IMG/VR virus record: IMGVR_UViG_3300049917_000087
Coordinates: 1 to 58,586 of that record
Source of the DNA: a virus
Taxonomy: Duplodnaviria; Caudoviricetes
Reading direction: 5' to 3' (one strand)
Length of the DNA: 58,586 nucleotides
Part shown: piece after piece, positions 43,126 through 52,534 of the stretch
How positions within the stretch are numbered: position 1 is the stretch's first letter
How the letters are laid out: each line of letters begins with the position of its first letter
Notes under the pieces: model-generated
The model's database searches: none
What the model was told of the DNA's origin: nothing
What the model saw: only the letters and a program-made list of their open reading frames with translations
Position numbers and translations under genes: made by a program

Positions 43126-44804
43126 CGGCGCTTGATCTTTATGGCGGACGCCTGATAGACGCAGGCGCAGCAGAAGAACGCGAAGTGTTGCTGCCGGAGG
43201 GGCCGCGTGTAACTTGGAAGCCGCTATCGGGTAGCCAGACGCTTGTACTGAGCTATGGCGGAAACATCGTTCTGCATCACGGTACACGCGGACCCGGTAA
43301 AACTGACGGTCAGCTAATGGCCTTTCGTCGTTACGTCGGAATCGGTTATGGCGCATATTGGCGCGGCGTAATTTTTGATCGTGAATATAAGAACTTGGAC
43401 GACTTAGTATCTAAGTCTATGCGCTGGTTTCCGCATATTGGTGGACCTGAAGATAAACCGCGTTTTCTTAGCTCAAAGTCCGATTATAAGTGGGTTTGGC
43501 CCACTGGCGAAGAACTTGCCTTTCGTACCATAAAAAAGATTACCGATTACTGGAACTTTCACGGGCAGGAATATCCGTTCATAGGTTGGAACGAGCTAAC
43601 TAAGTATCCAACCGATGAGCTATTTGATATGATGATGAGCTGTAATCGTAGCGGCTTTGTTCCCAAAGAACAGCCGCTAACGATTGACGGTGACGTGTAC
43701 AACGCGACGGGTCAAATAAAGTTTGTCGGCTCACGCGATTCGCGGGCGCGCGTGTACATTCTACCTGAACTTCCGCTACGCGTGCACGCAACATGCAACC
43801 CACATGGGCCGGGGCACAACTGGGTGAAGAAGCGTTTTATTAATGCTGCACGTCCCGGTCAGATTGTGCACAAGAAAACTAACGTTTTTAATCCACGCAG
43901 CGGCAAACGCGAAGATGTGGTCAAAACGCAGGTTCACATTTTTGGCAGCTACCGAGAAAATAAATATTTAAGTCCTGAGTACGTTGCAGAACTAGAAAAC
44001 ATCACAGATAAAAATAAACGCAAAGCTTGGCTAGGCGGAAGCTGGGACATTGTTTCCGGCGCAATGTTCGATGATGTATGGGACAGCGACTACCATAAAC
44101 TAAAACCGTTCGAGATACCGCACAACTGGCGCTTAGATCGTTCATTTGATTGGGGATCCAGTAAACCCGCTAGTGTTGGCTGGTGGGCTGAATCGGACGG
44201 TTCAGACGTTCAACTACCCGATGGTACGTGGAAGAGTACGGTACGCGGAGATATTTTTAGAATAGCTGAATGGTATCTGACCACAGGTAAGCCTAATCAG
44301 GGCTTGAACATGTTAGCTAACGATGTTGCCGCGGGTATCGTGGAACGTGAATTAGCTATGGGAATCTATGGACGTGTGAAGCCGGGACCTGCCGATACTT
44401 CGATATGGGACGTTGAAAACGGAAACAGTATCGCTGCGGATATGGCTAAGCCCGTGCGAGTAAAGGGCAAAGTCATGAAAGGCATAAGCTGGACACGCGC
44501 TGATAAGTCGCCCGGCAGCCGTAAATCTGGTTGGCTTCGCGTTCGCGTATATCTGCAAAAAGCGCTTCCTGCTTTTATACAGGGACGTGACGGCAAACCT
44601 GTTCGCATACCTCGTGAGCATCCAGGTATGTATATATTCGACACGTGTACATACTTTTTTGATTTATTTCCTACTCTGCCGCGCGATGAAAAAGATCCGG
44701 ACGACGTAGACACGTCTGCAGAAGATCACATAGGCGATGAGGTACGGTATAGGGTATTATCGGCAATTACGGGCGCACGCTCAGGGCGCACAACCGGGAC
44801 TTAG
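43122..44804 (+). CDS. terL: Terminase large subunit
   Basis: GTRGPGKT, WNEL, TCNP.GPGH.WVK, FDWG, EDH..DE.RY. Confidence 0.93.
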   Translation: MTALDLYGGRLIDAGAAEEREVLLPEGPRVTWKPLSGSQTLVLSYGGNIVLHHGTRGPGKTDGQLMAFRRYVGIGYGAYWRGVIFDREYKNLDDLVSKSMRWFPHIGGPEDKPRFLSSKSDYKWVWPTGEELAFRTIKKITDYWNFHGQEYPFIGWNELTKYPTDELFDMMMSCNRSGFVPKEQPLTIDGDVYNATGQIKFVGSRDSRARVYILPELPLRVHATCNPHGPGHNWVKKRFINAARPGQIVHKKTNVFNPRSGKREDVVKTQVHIFGSYRENKYLSPEYVAELENITDKNKRKAWLGGSWDIVSGAMFDDVWDSDYHKLKPFEIPHNWRLDRSFDWGSSKPASVGWWAESDGSDVQLPDGTWKSTVRGDIFRIAEWYLTTGKPNQGLNMLANDVAAGIVERELAMGIYGRVKPGPADTSIWDVENGNSIAADMAKPVRVKGKVMKGISWTRADKSPGSRKSGWLRVRVYLQKALPAFIQGRDGKPVRIPREHPGMYIFDTCTYFFDLFPTLPRDEKDPDDVDTSAEDHIGDEVRYRVLSAITGARSGRTTGT

Positions 44805-44808
44805 CAAA

Positions 44809-46353
44809 ATGGCTATCAATTCAAGGCATCCATCCTACGAAGCGGCTGTAGCGGACTGGCGCCTGATGCGCGATGCCTACGCGGGCGAAGGCGCCATCAA
44901 GGCGGCAGGCGTGCGCTACTTGTTGCCGACGCCTGGACAGGAGCTAGACGGCGCGCTTACAGGCGATGAGCGTAAAGCCGGCTATCTTGCGTATAAAGGC
45001 TATAAAGCGCGCGCAGTTTTTCCTGATTACGTCGAAGACGCTGTAGCACGTTATATAGGCATGTTGCATCACAAGGAAGCTGTTATTGAACTTCCGTCAT
45101 TGATGGAACCGTTGCGCACAAAAGCTACCTTAGATGGCGAATCCTTACAAGGTTTGTTGCGCCGTATCAATGAACAACAGCTAGTAACAGGAAGACTCGG
45201 GCTGCTTCTTGATTTCCCTCCGCAGGTAGTCGATGCGCAGCCTATGCCGTATATAGCGCTGTATTACGGTGAAACTATAATAAACTGGGACAACAGCGCG
45301 GACCACGTAGGCGTGAATGCCTTAAACCTCGTTGTGCTTGATGAAAGCGGAAACGTACGTGATACAGATTTTACATGGCGCTACGTCGAACGCTATCGCG
45401 TGCTTCAACTGGGCCGAACGCCTATCCCAGAATCGCGCGGCACCGAAGATGTGGTTACGGCTGTTGACTCGACGGTTCCGGATGATCCTACAGAAGGCAT
45501 AGGTGCACCTGTTTACAAACAGGGTGTTTTTGAAGTGCGCGGAGGAACCACGTTTGACGAGAATCAACTAAGCGCGCCTACCTATCGCGGTGCAGAACTT
45601 GCGCAAGTGCCGTTCGTCTTTATAAACACTAAGGACATTGTGACTAGTCCGGATAAACCGCCGCTTATCGGACTGGGGCGCGCATGTTTAACAATATATA
45701 GAGGTGAGGCGGATTACCGTCAAACTCTGTATATGCAGGGCCAAAGTACATTAGTGACTATTGGAACAGTTCGTCAAGATGGCGAACAGCTTGATTATTC
45801 TATGCCTTTGCGTGTCGGCGCAGGCGCGCATATTGGCTTAGATATAGAAGGCGACGCTAAATATATTGGGATCGGCGCTGACGGTATAGAAGGTCAACGC
45901 GAAGCTTTGCGCGATGATCGTAAGTTAGCTGAAGCTAAGGCAGGTGCGCTAATCAATCCTTCTGCCGGTCAAGCAGAAAGCGGAACCGCCCTTACTAAGC
46001 GTGTCGCGGCGCAAACAGCTTCACTCAAGCAATTAGCCAAGGCCGGTGCAGGCGGACTTGAAAACATATTGAGGATTGCTGCCGAATGGATGGGGCAAGA
46101 TCCTGGAAAGGTGAGGGTCACGCCTAATCTCGAATTCGTTGATGTTCAGGTAACGGGCCAAGAACTCGCGCAGCTTATGGCCGCCCGTTCTCTTGGTGCC
46201 CCGCTGTCTTTAGAGTCTGTTCACGCTGTGCTAGTCGATAACAACTTAGCTAAGTTTGATTTCAAAACCGAAGTTGATAAGATAAGCGAAGAAGACGCGC
46301 AACGCGGCGCAACCGGCAGAACTTCAAATCCGCCAGCTAACGGCGCACAATGA
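44809..46353 (+). CDS. Portal protein (DUF4055-like)
   Basis: HP.Y...W...RD...GE..IK..G..YL; follows terL. Confidence 0.88.
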   Translation: MAINSRHPSYEAAVADWRLMRDAYAGEGAIKAAGVRYLLPTPGQELDGALTGDERKAGYLAYKGYKARAVFPDYVEDAVARYIGMLHHKEAVIELPSLMEPLRTKATLDGESLQGLLRRINEQQLVTGRLGLLLDFPPQVVDAQPMPYIALYYGETIINWDNSADHVGVNALNLVVLDESGNVRDTDFTWRYVERYRVLQLGRTPIPESRGTEDVVTAVDSTVPDDPTEGIGAPVYKQGVFEVRGGTTFDENQLSAPTYRGAELAQVPFVFINTKDIVTSPDKPPLIGLGRACLTIYRGEADYRQTLYMQGQSTLVTIGTVRQDGEQLDYSMPLRVGAGAHIGLDIEGDAKYIGIGADGIEGQREALRDDRKLAEAKAGALINPSAGQAESGTALTKRVAAQTASLKQLAKAGAGGLENILRIAAEWMGQDPGKVRVTPNLEFVDVQVTGQELAQLMAARSLGAPLSLESVHAVLVDNNLAKFDFKTEVDKISEEDAQRGATGRTSNPPANGAQ

Positions 46354-47549
46354 CCACAGCTAACGAGGCTCTGTTTGATGCCTTGGTGAGGCATCAAACG
46401 TATCTAATGCGCTTCAGTGGAAGTGTGCGTAATCGCATGCTTGCTATATTAGATGCGACAGAGGATTCGTTAGCAATGCTTATACGCGATAGGCTGCGCG
46501 CGGGCACCGGCCTAAATTCGTCTGAAGCTGTTGCGCGGATGGAAAAGCTTATCGATTCAATCGATTCTGTTCGGTCCGATGCGTGGAAAAAAGCTGCTGA
46601 CGATCTGCAACAGCAGATGATCGATTTAGCTATTAAGGAGCCTGCATTATTTCAAAGTATTTTAGCTACTGTTTCGCCTGTCGTATTAGAAACTACTTTG
46701 CCTTCGGCTAGACTGCTGCGCGCCATCGTCATGACGCGGCCTTTCCAAGGGCGCGTATTGCGCGAATGGGCGCAGACAATGGAAGCCGAAGATTTGCGGC
46801 GCATTCACTCTGCAGTGCAGATGGGCATGGTTGCGGGCGAAAGTAGCGCTGCGATTGCGCGTAGAGTAATTGGCACCGGTGAACTAAAGGGCGCAGACGG
46901 TATTACGGAATTGACCCGCAGACAGGTTACCGCGATAACTCGCACGTCAACACAGCATGTGGCTAACAGTGCGCGCTCTGAGTTTCTGCGTGACAATGCG
47001 GATATAGTTACTGAAGAACAATTTGTTGCCACTCTTGATAGCCGCACTACGCCAGTTTGCAAAGCTAATGACGGCAAGCGTTTTCCATTAGATAGCGGAC
47101 CTAGGCCGCCTTTGCATTGGCAGTGCAGAAGCTTACGCATTCCGGCACTTAATGGCGAAATGCTTGGAATGCGTCCAGCTAAGGCCAGTACACAGCAACA
47201 GCTATTACGTGAGTTTTCAGAAGAAAATAAACTTACTGGCATCAAGAAGCGTGACGACATTCCGCGCGGGATGAAAGGCTCTTTTGATTCATTCTCGCGC
47301 AAGCGCATACGCGAATTGACTGGACGTGTACCGGCTTCAACATCGTATCAACAATGGCTAGAACGACAAAGCCGGGCATTTCAAGAAGACACGCTAGGCA
47401 AGACAAGAGCTAAGCTATTCAGAGAAGGTAAATTGCCTTTAGATAAATTCGTAGCTGCTGACGGTTCGGAATTAACATTGGCGCAGTTAGCAGTTAAGCA
47501 GAAAGAAGCGTTTAGAGCGGCAGGGCTTAACCCTGACGACTTCACCTAA
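46350..47549 (+). CDS. Head morphogenesis protein (SPP1 gp7/MuF-like)
   Basis: ATLDSRTT..C...DG...PP.H..CRS. Confidence 0.9.
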   Translation: MTTANEALFDALVRHQTYLMRFSGSVRNRMLAILDATEDSLAMLIRDRLRAGTGLNSSEAVARMEKLIDSIDSVRSDAWKKAADDLQQQMIDLAIKEPALFQSILATVSPVVLETTLPSARLLRAIVMTRPFQGRVLREWAQTMEAEDLRRIHSAVQMGMVAGESSAAIARRVIGTGELKGADGITELTRRQVTAITRTSTQHVANSARSEFLRDNADIVTEEQFVATLDSRTTPVCKANDGKRFPLDSGPRPPLHWQCRSLRIPALNGEMLGMRPAKASTQQQLLREFSEENKLTGIKKRDDIPRGMKGSFDSFSRKRIRELTGRVPASTSYQQWLERQSRAFQEDTLGKTRAKLFREGKLPLDKFVAADGSELTLAQLAVKQKEAFRAAGLNPDDFT

Positions 47550-47601
47550 TTAGTCGGTAGTCCGACTTAACTTGCGGCATGGCCGCGCAAAGGAGTAGGG
47601 C

Positions 47602-48447
47602 ATGGCCCTCAAAGCTTTAGTTGAAAAACTGGATGACGTGCCGGAAGAGCTTCGCACTGAATATAAAGAAGTGACCGACAACAAAGGCGTAAAAACCTTT
47701 GTTTTGGACATTGAGGGAAGCATCGAACTGCACCCCGCTGCACGTGTGCTCAAAGATGAGCTAGCGCGTAGGCGACTCAGTGAAAAAGCGGCAAAGGACG
47801 AGCTTACTAAGCTGGCGCCTTTCAAGGCATTGGGCGATCCGGCGGAAGTGCTTGCAAGGCTTGATCGCATTCCCGAACTTGAGGCGGCGGCAGAAGGTAA
47901 ATTAGACGAAAACAAAATTAACGGTCTAGTCGAAACGCGCATCAAGTCAAAGATTGCGCCCATTGAGCGCGAACGCGATCAACACAAAAGTAAAGTTGCC
48001 GAACTGATGGCGGAGAACGAAGGCTTCAAAGTAAAAGAGAAGCAGCGCAGTATTGCGGATCAAGTGCGAAGCGCAGTAGGCAAATCGAAGGGCTTTCTCG
48101 CACCGGCTGCAGAAGACGCTATCGTTTATGCAGAGCGCATGCTTGAAGTGAATGAAGATGGGCATGTCGTCACTAAAACAGGCGTAGGCGTCACGCCCGG
48201 ATTAAACGCCGAAGTGTGGTTGCAAGAAATGCAGACGAAAAAACCGCATTGGTGGGGCGCTACTGCAGGCGGAGGCGGCACGGGCGGCACGGGCGGAGGC
48301 GCTGCAGGCGAGAATCCGTTTACGCATGAGCATTGGAACCTGACTAAGCAGGGCCAATTGATGCGCGCGGATGCCGCAAAAGCCGCGCAAATGGCAAAGA
48401 GTGCCGGCACGTCTATCGGTGGTCCGAAACCCGCGCCGAAAAAGTAG
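47602..48447 (+). CDS. Scaffolding protein
   Basis: Charged coiled coil, GGG linker, NPF...WNLT.Q; precedes capsid gene. Confidence 0.8.
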   Translation: MALKALVEKLDDVPEELRTEYKEVTDNKGVKTFVLDIEGSIELHPAARVLKDELARRRLSEKAAKDELTKLAPFKALGDPAEVLARLDRIPELEAAAEGKLDENKINGLVETRIKSKIAPIERERDQHKSKVAELMAENEGFKVKEKQRSIADQVRSAVGKSKGFLAPAAEDAIVYAERMLEVNEDGHVVTKTGVGVTPGLNAEVWLQEMQTKKPHWWGATAGGGGTGGTGGGAAGENPFTHEHWNLTKQGQLMRADAAKAAQMAKSAGTSIGGPKPAPKK

Positions 48448-48498
48448 TTGACGTTTCGGTTCAGCGCCTGCTATATTTCCGCCATGTAGCAGGCGCTG
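48448..48498 (+). promoter_or_regulatory. Putative capsid promoter with inverted repeat over the -10
   Basis: TTGACG-N18-TATATT; CAGCGCCTGCTA/TAGCAGGCGCTG inverted repeat. Confidence 0.55.
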
Positions 48499-48581
48499 CA
48501 TACCGAAGAATCATCGTCGCACACCGTGCCATGTGGCAGGTGTCGAGTTTAACCACTTGATGCCTACCCAAGGAGCTATCC

Positions 48582-49610
48582 ATGGCAGCCGGTACTACCC
48601 GCATTGCGGACGTAATTGTTCCCGAAGTCTTCACGCCCTACGTCCGTCAACTGACGGAACAGAAATCGCGCTTGATTCGCTCCGGCGCAGTCGTGGGCGA
48701 TGCGATGCTTAACGAATTTTTGGCAGGCCCTGGCCTGACGATTCAGGTTCCTTCCTGGAAGGATCTTGACGACGACGCGGACAACGTTTCGAGCGATGAT
48801 CCGGCAGTCACCAGCACGCCGAACAAGAACGGCAGCGCCAAGGAAATCGCGGTTCGTCTGAGCCGTAACAATTCCTGGAAGACGGCTGACCTGACTGCCG
48901 CGCTGGCGGGCGACGATCCGGCAGACGTGATCGCGCAACGCGTTTCCGACTATTGGGTACGGCGCCTTCAGGTAGCCTTTGTGGCTACCATCACTGGCGT
49001 ATTCGCCGATAACGCGGCTGCGCCGTCTGCGTCTGAACACGTGCAGAACGATATGACAAACGACGTAAGCGGTTCTAGCTTCGTCGATGGCGTAACGAAC
49101 TTCAGCACGGAAGTTTTTATCGACGCTCTGCAGACGATGGGCGATTCGCAACAGGGCCTTGGGATTATGTTTGTGCACAGCGTGGTGTATTCGCGCATGC
49201 AGAAAAATAACCTCATCGACTTTGTTCCGGACGCTACGCAGCAAATCAACATCCCGATGTTCTTGGGGCGTGAAGTCGTCGTCGATGACGCGATGCCGAA
49301 TAGCGCTGGCGTGTTCCAAACGTGGATTTTCGGCGCGAGCGCTGTGCGGTTGGGACTGGGTTCGCCGAAAGTGCCGGTTGAAGTTGATCGCGCTCCGGCA
49401 GAAGGCAACGGGGCCGGCACCGAAATCCTGTACAACCGGGTGGAATGGTGTATTCACCCTGTCGGGAACAAGTTCGCTGGTACGGCAGCAAATGGCGGCC
49501 CGTCGAACCTCACGACTAGCAACAATCTGGCTCACGCGGATTCGTGGGCTCGCGTATACACCGAACGGAAGCAAATCAAGATTGCCCGTTTGATTTCTCG
49601 CGAGTATTAA
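48582..49610 (+). CDS. Major capsid protein
   Basis: TRIADVIVPEVF.PY...SG; HS.VY...HP.G; AAGGAG RBS. Confidence 0.9.
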   Translation: MAAGTTRIADVIVPEVFTPYVRQLTEQKSRLIRSGAVVGDAMLNEFLAGPGLTIQVPSWKDLDDDADNVSSDDPAVTSTPNKNGSAKEIAVRLSRNNSWKTADLTAALAGDDPADVIAQRVSDYWVRRLQVAFVATITGVFADNAAAPSASEHVQNDMTNDVSGSSFVDGVTNFSTEVFIDALQTMGDSQQGLGIMFVHSVVYSRMQKNNLIDFVPDATQQINIPMFLGREVVVDDAMPNSAGVFQTWIFGASAVRLGLGSPKVPVEVDRAPAEGNGAGTEILYNRVEWCIHPVGNKFAGTAANGGPSNLTTSNNLAHADSWARVYTERKQIKIARLISREY

Positions 49611-49618
49611 GCGACTGT

Positions 49619-49646
49619 CGGCCCACCTATTCACATAGGTGGGCCG
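49619..49646 (+). terminator. 12-bp hairpin after the capsid gene (no U-tract; attenuator or stabiliser)
   Basis: CGGCCCACCTAT-TCAC-ATAGGTGGGCCG. Confidence 0.55.
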
Positions 49647-49703
49647 CTGCGCTGATAAACATCAATTCTGTTTGCGTAGCGATGCTGCGCACAAGGGGCG
49701 TGT

Positions 49704-50207
49704 ATGAAAGGCTTACAGCGTTCGCTTACCCGGTCATTGCCGCGTCAAGCGATGGTGAAGCAAACCATTAAGATGCGCAACCTTGCGCTAAGCATCGCCG
49801 GCACAACCGGCGTAGGCTTCGGCAGTATGGTTATCGGTGACTTCCCTGCAGGCAATATTCTGCTGCACGGTGCTGTCGCCTATGTGAAGCTGACGACTGT
49901 TGATTCAGACGTGCAAGCGGCATTTGATGGCGATTACAGCATCGGCACGGTTCCGACTGTCGATACTGACCTTGCCGATTCTGGCGAAGCGGATATCGTG
50001 CCTTCCGCTTCTCTTGGCGCAGCTACTGCCGGCGTGTCGCCTATCGTTCGCAGCGCAAACGCCACGCAAGCGATTTTGGACAATACCGACGGTTCGCTTG
50101 AAATGAACCTTAACGTATTGATCGACGACGCAAATATCAGCGGCACCGGATCTTTCACAGTCACCGGTGAACTGTACATTTGCTATACCGTTCTTGGTGA
50201 CGACTAA
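49704..50207 (+). CDS. Virion protein (possible decoration protein)
   Basis: Beta-rich, directly after capsid gene. Confidence 0.65.
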   Translation: MKGLQRSLTRSLPRQAMVKQTIKMRNLALSIAGTTGVGFGSMVIGDFPAGNILLHGAVAYVKLTTVDSDVQAAFDGDYSIGTVPTVDTDLADSGEADIVPSASLGAATAGVSPIVRSANATQAILDNTDGSLEMNLNVLIDDANISGTGSFTVTGELYICYTVLGDD

Positions 50208-50215
50208 GGCTAAAC

Positions 50216-50860
50216 ATGTCGGCAAATATTCTGCATGCGCTGGGTCAGCTTGACCCAGCGAACGAAAATCACTGGACTGCTGACGGCGCTGCACGTCTGG
50301 AAACGGTCAAGCTGCTTGCAAAAGACCCCACCGTGACACGTGAACGTATCGCAGCGGTTGCGCCGGGTTTCAGTCGGCATCAAGTGCTGTTGCCGGCTCA
50401 GCAAGCCTCGCAGAACGCTTCAGCAGTGCCACCGGCTGTGCAACCGCAACCGGCTTCGCTTCCTGCGGCCGTTGAAGCCCCTACGGTTGTTCCACAGCCG
50501 CAGGAAGCGCCTGCGCTTCCGACATTTCCGCGGTTCCAGGGGACTCCGCTGCAGGAAGCGCAGCATTACTTGCAAGAAGTGCGCGAAGCCAAATCGCGAA
50601 TCGATGCGGAGCTTGCTGTCGCACTGAAAGCGGTTGATGTGCTTATCGATGCCGAAACAAAAGCAACGCCTGCACAAGGTTTCGCTAACACGGTGCAAGA
50701 GTATCTGGCAAGTCAGGCGTTGATTCGCGAACGTCGTGCAGCGCAGATTGCTGCGCTTAAAGGCGTGAACCTGAAAGACATTTTACCGACGCGTTCGAAG
50801 ATCGACGAAGCAATGAAACGCCGCGCCGATCCGTATTCCAAGCGTCCGCGCATCGTATAA
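50216..50860 (+). CDS. Hypothetical head-region protein
   Basis: LDP.N..HWT.DG...R..I...AP.F.R motif. Confidence 0.7.
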   Translation: MSANILHALGQLDPANENHWTADGAARLETVKLLAKDPTVTRERIAAVAPGFSRHQVLLPAQQASQNASAVPPAVQPQPASLPAAVEAPTVVPQPQEAPALPTFPRFQGTPLQEAQHYLQEVREAKSRIDAELAVALKAVDVLIDAETKATPAQGFANTVQEYLASQALIRERRAAQIAALKGVNLKDILPTRSKIDEAMKRRADPYSKRPRIV

Positions 50861-50868
50861 GGCATACG

Positions 50869-51231
50869 ATGTTAAACGCAAGTCAATACGCTCGCATTCA
50901 GCAAAAACGAAAGCTGCGCGAGCGTATTGATTTTGCTGCGTTTGCAGAGCTAATAGCGACACCTGCTACTATAACCACGGTGGCGGGCGTTACGCTTCCG
51001 GCGAATGCCGCTTTGTACGTTTCGATAGCCAATACTACTTTAGTGAACAAACATGTTCTTGAAGTGGGTCCGCGAACTATTAGTGTGCCTAGTCTTGGCG
51101 CTAATCATTATTGGCCTATTGGATCTTTTGAACGCGGAAGAACCTTAAAGCTTTCTGCGGCTGTTGGAACAGTCGTATCAGTCTATATGCAAGACGGCGC
51201 AGGTAAGCTGCATAAGATCGCAGAGGGTTAA
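50869..51231 (+). CDS. Virion hypothetical protein
   Basis: Packed in operon. Confidence 0.65.
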   Translation: MLNASQYARIQQKRKLRERIDFAAFAELIATPATITTVAGVTLPANAALYVSIANTTLVNKHVLEVGPRTISVPSLGANHYWPIGSFERGRTLKLSAAVGTVVSVYMQDGAGKLHKIAEG

Positions 51232-51741
51232 ATGGCGTTCGTTGCAGAAGACGGGACAGGTTTAGCGAATGCTAATTCGCTATGCGATGTGGCTTTTGCC
51301 GACGCATACTTCAGTGATCGCGCTATCGCAGCCTGGACCGGCAGCACCGGGGCGAAACAAGCTGCGCTGATTCAAGCCACAGACTATATAGAATCGCGTT
51401 GGGCACGTCGATTCGCAGGTGTCGTGCAATTCCCGGACACTCCGCAGGCATTGAGCTTTCCGCGTAGCTGTGCGCCTGTTGCAAATGAAGATGAAGTGCC
51501 AGTAGGCATAAAGAAAGCCGCGAGTGAATACGCATTGCGCGCTTTATCGGCGAAGCTTGTGCCGGATCCGGTTGTCGATGCTTCGGGGCTAGTTTTAGCC
51601 GGTTCGCGCACTAAAGTAGGCCCGATTGAAACTGAACTACGTTATCAGGCCGGCAGCGCATTGTTGCTGAAAGCATATCCTGCAGCCGATATGCTGGTGC
51701 GCCCATTCCTAGCGGCTGCGCCCGCATTAGCGCGTGCGTAA
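51232..51741 (+). CDS. Head-tail adaptor (DnaT-like family)
   Basis: EDGTG...ANS...ADAYF..R...ALI.ATDYI...Q.L.FPR...KVGPIE. Confidence 0.85.
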   Translation: MAFVAEDGTGLANANSLCDVAFADAYFSDRAIAAWTGSTGAKQAALIQATDYIESRWARRFAGVVQFPDTPQALSFPRSCAPVANEDEVPVGIKKAASEYALRALSAKLVPDPVVDASGLVLAGSRTKVGPIETELRYQAGSALLLKAYPAADMLVRPFLAAAPALARA

Positions 51742-52121
51742 TGGACTATGCCGCACTAGTCACAGCCGTACAGACGCTTATAGCGTTCACTGGACGGTCA
51801 ACGACATTTCAGCGTCTTTCGGCCACGCCTGCCGATCCGCTTAAGCCTTGGCTAGGTGCTGGGACGCCTACGGTTGCAGCAACCGCTACAGCTTTCGCAA
51901 CGTTCGTGCCACCGGCTGGTGCCGACTTGGGCAAAGAACTTATAAACGAGGAAATGTTAGCGCGTTGCGAACAGGTGTGCTTAGTCGCACCTATTTCAGG
52001 TTTCGATATAAATACCTGCAACGCTATTGTTGAAGCAAGTGCACGTTGGGCTGTGCAATGGGTCTATGAATTAAAGCCCGGTGACACGTCTTTACTTTTT
52101 GCAATCGGTGTAAAGCGATGA
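51741..52121 (+). CDS. Head closure protein
   Basis: Position, size, PW...KPG pattern. Confidence 0.7.
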   Translation: MDYAALVTAVQTLIAFTGRSTTFQRLSATPADPLKPWLGAGTPTVAATATAFATFVPPAGADLGKELINEEMLARCEQVCLVAPISGFDINTCNAIVEASARWAVQWVYELKPGDTSLLFAIGVKR

Positions 52122-52522
52122 CACCACTTGCGGCCCGTGACGAAATGCTAGGCGTGTTCAATACTGCCTGGACCGGCACCGGCTTCCCTGTAGTGTGGTC
52201 AGATGTGCCGGGTTCTCCGCCGTCAGCCGAAACACCCTGGGCGCGCGTTACGCTGCGCCACGTAGACGGCGCGCAGCGTACTCTGTCCGACGCAGCCGGA
52301 AGCCGTTCTTATACCGCCACGGGCACGATTTGGGTACAATTGTTCATTCCCATCGGGCAGGGGCTTACTCAGGCATACCCGTTAGCTAAAACTGTTCTTG
52401 ATGCCTATCGTTCAGCGAATGGCCTAGTATGGTATCGCAACGCGCGGCTTAAAGAGTTACCGGACGATGGCGCATTTTCGCGCATAAACTGCCTGATTGA
52501 TTTTTCGTACGACGAACCTTAA
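52118..52522 (+). CDS. Tail terminator
   Basis: PWARV.......G...VQLF.P.G.G; precedes tail tube gene. Confidence 0.75.
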   Translation: MTPLAARDEMLGVFNTAWTGTGFPVVWSDVPGSPPSAETPWARVTLRHVDGAQRTLSDAAGSRSYTATGTIWVQLFIPIGQGLTQAYPLAKTVLDAYRSANGLVWYRNARLKELPDDGAFSRINCLIDFSYDEP

Positions 52523-52534
52523 AGAGGCGCAATT

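Noticed and set aside
48576-49634. 352-aa antisense ORF over the capsid gene
   Set aside because: Mirror of a strongly codon-biased gene, with no RBS or recognisable motifs
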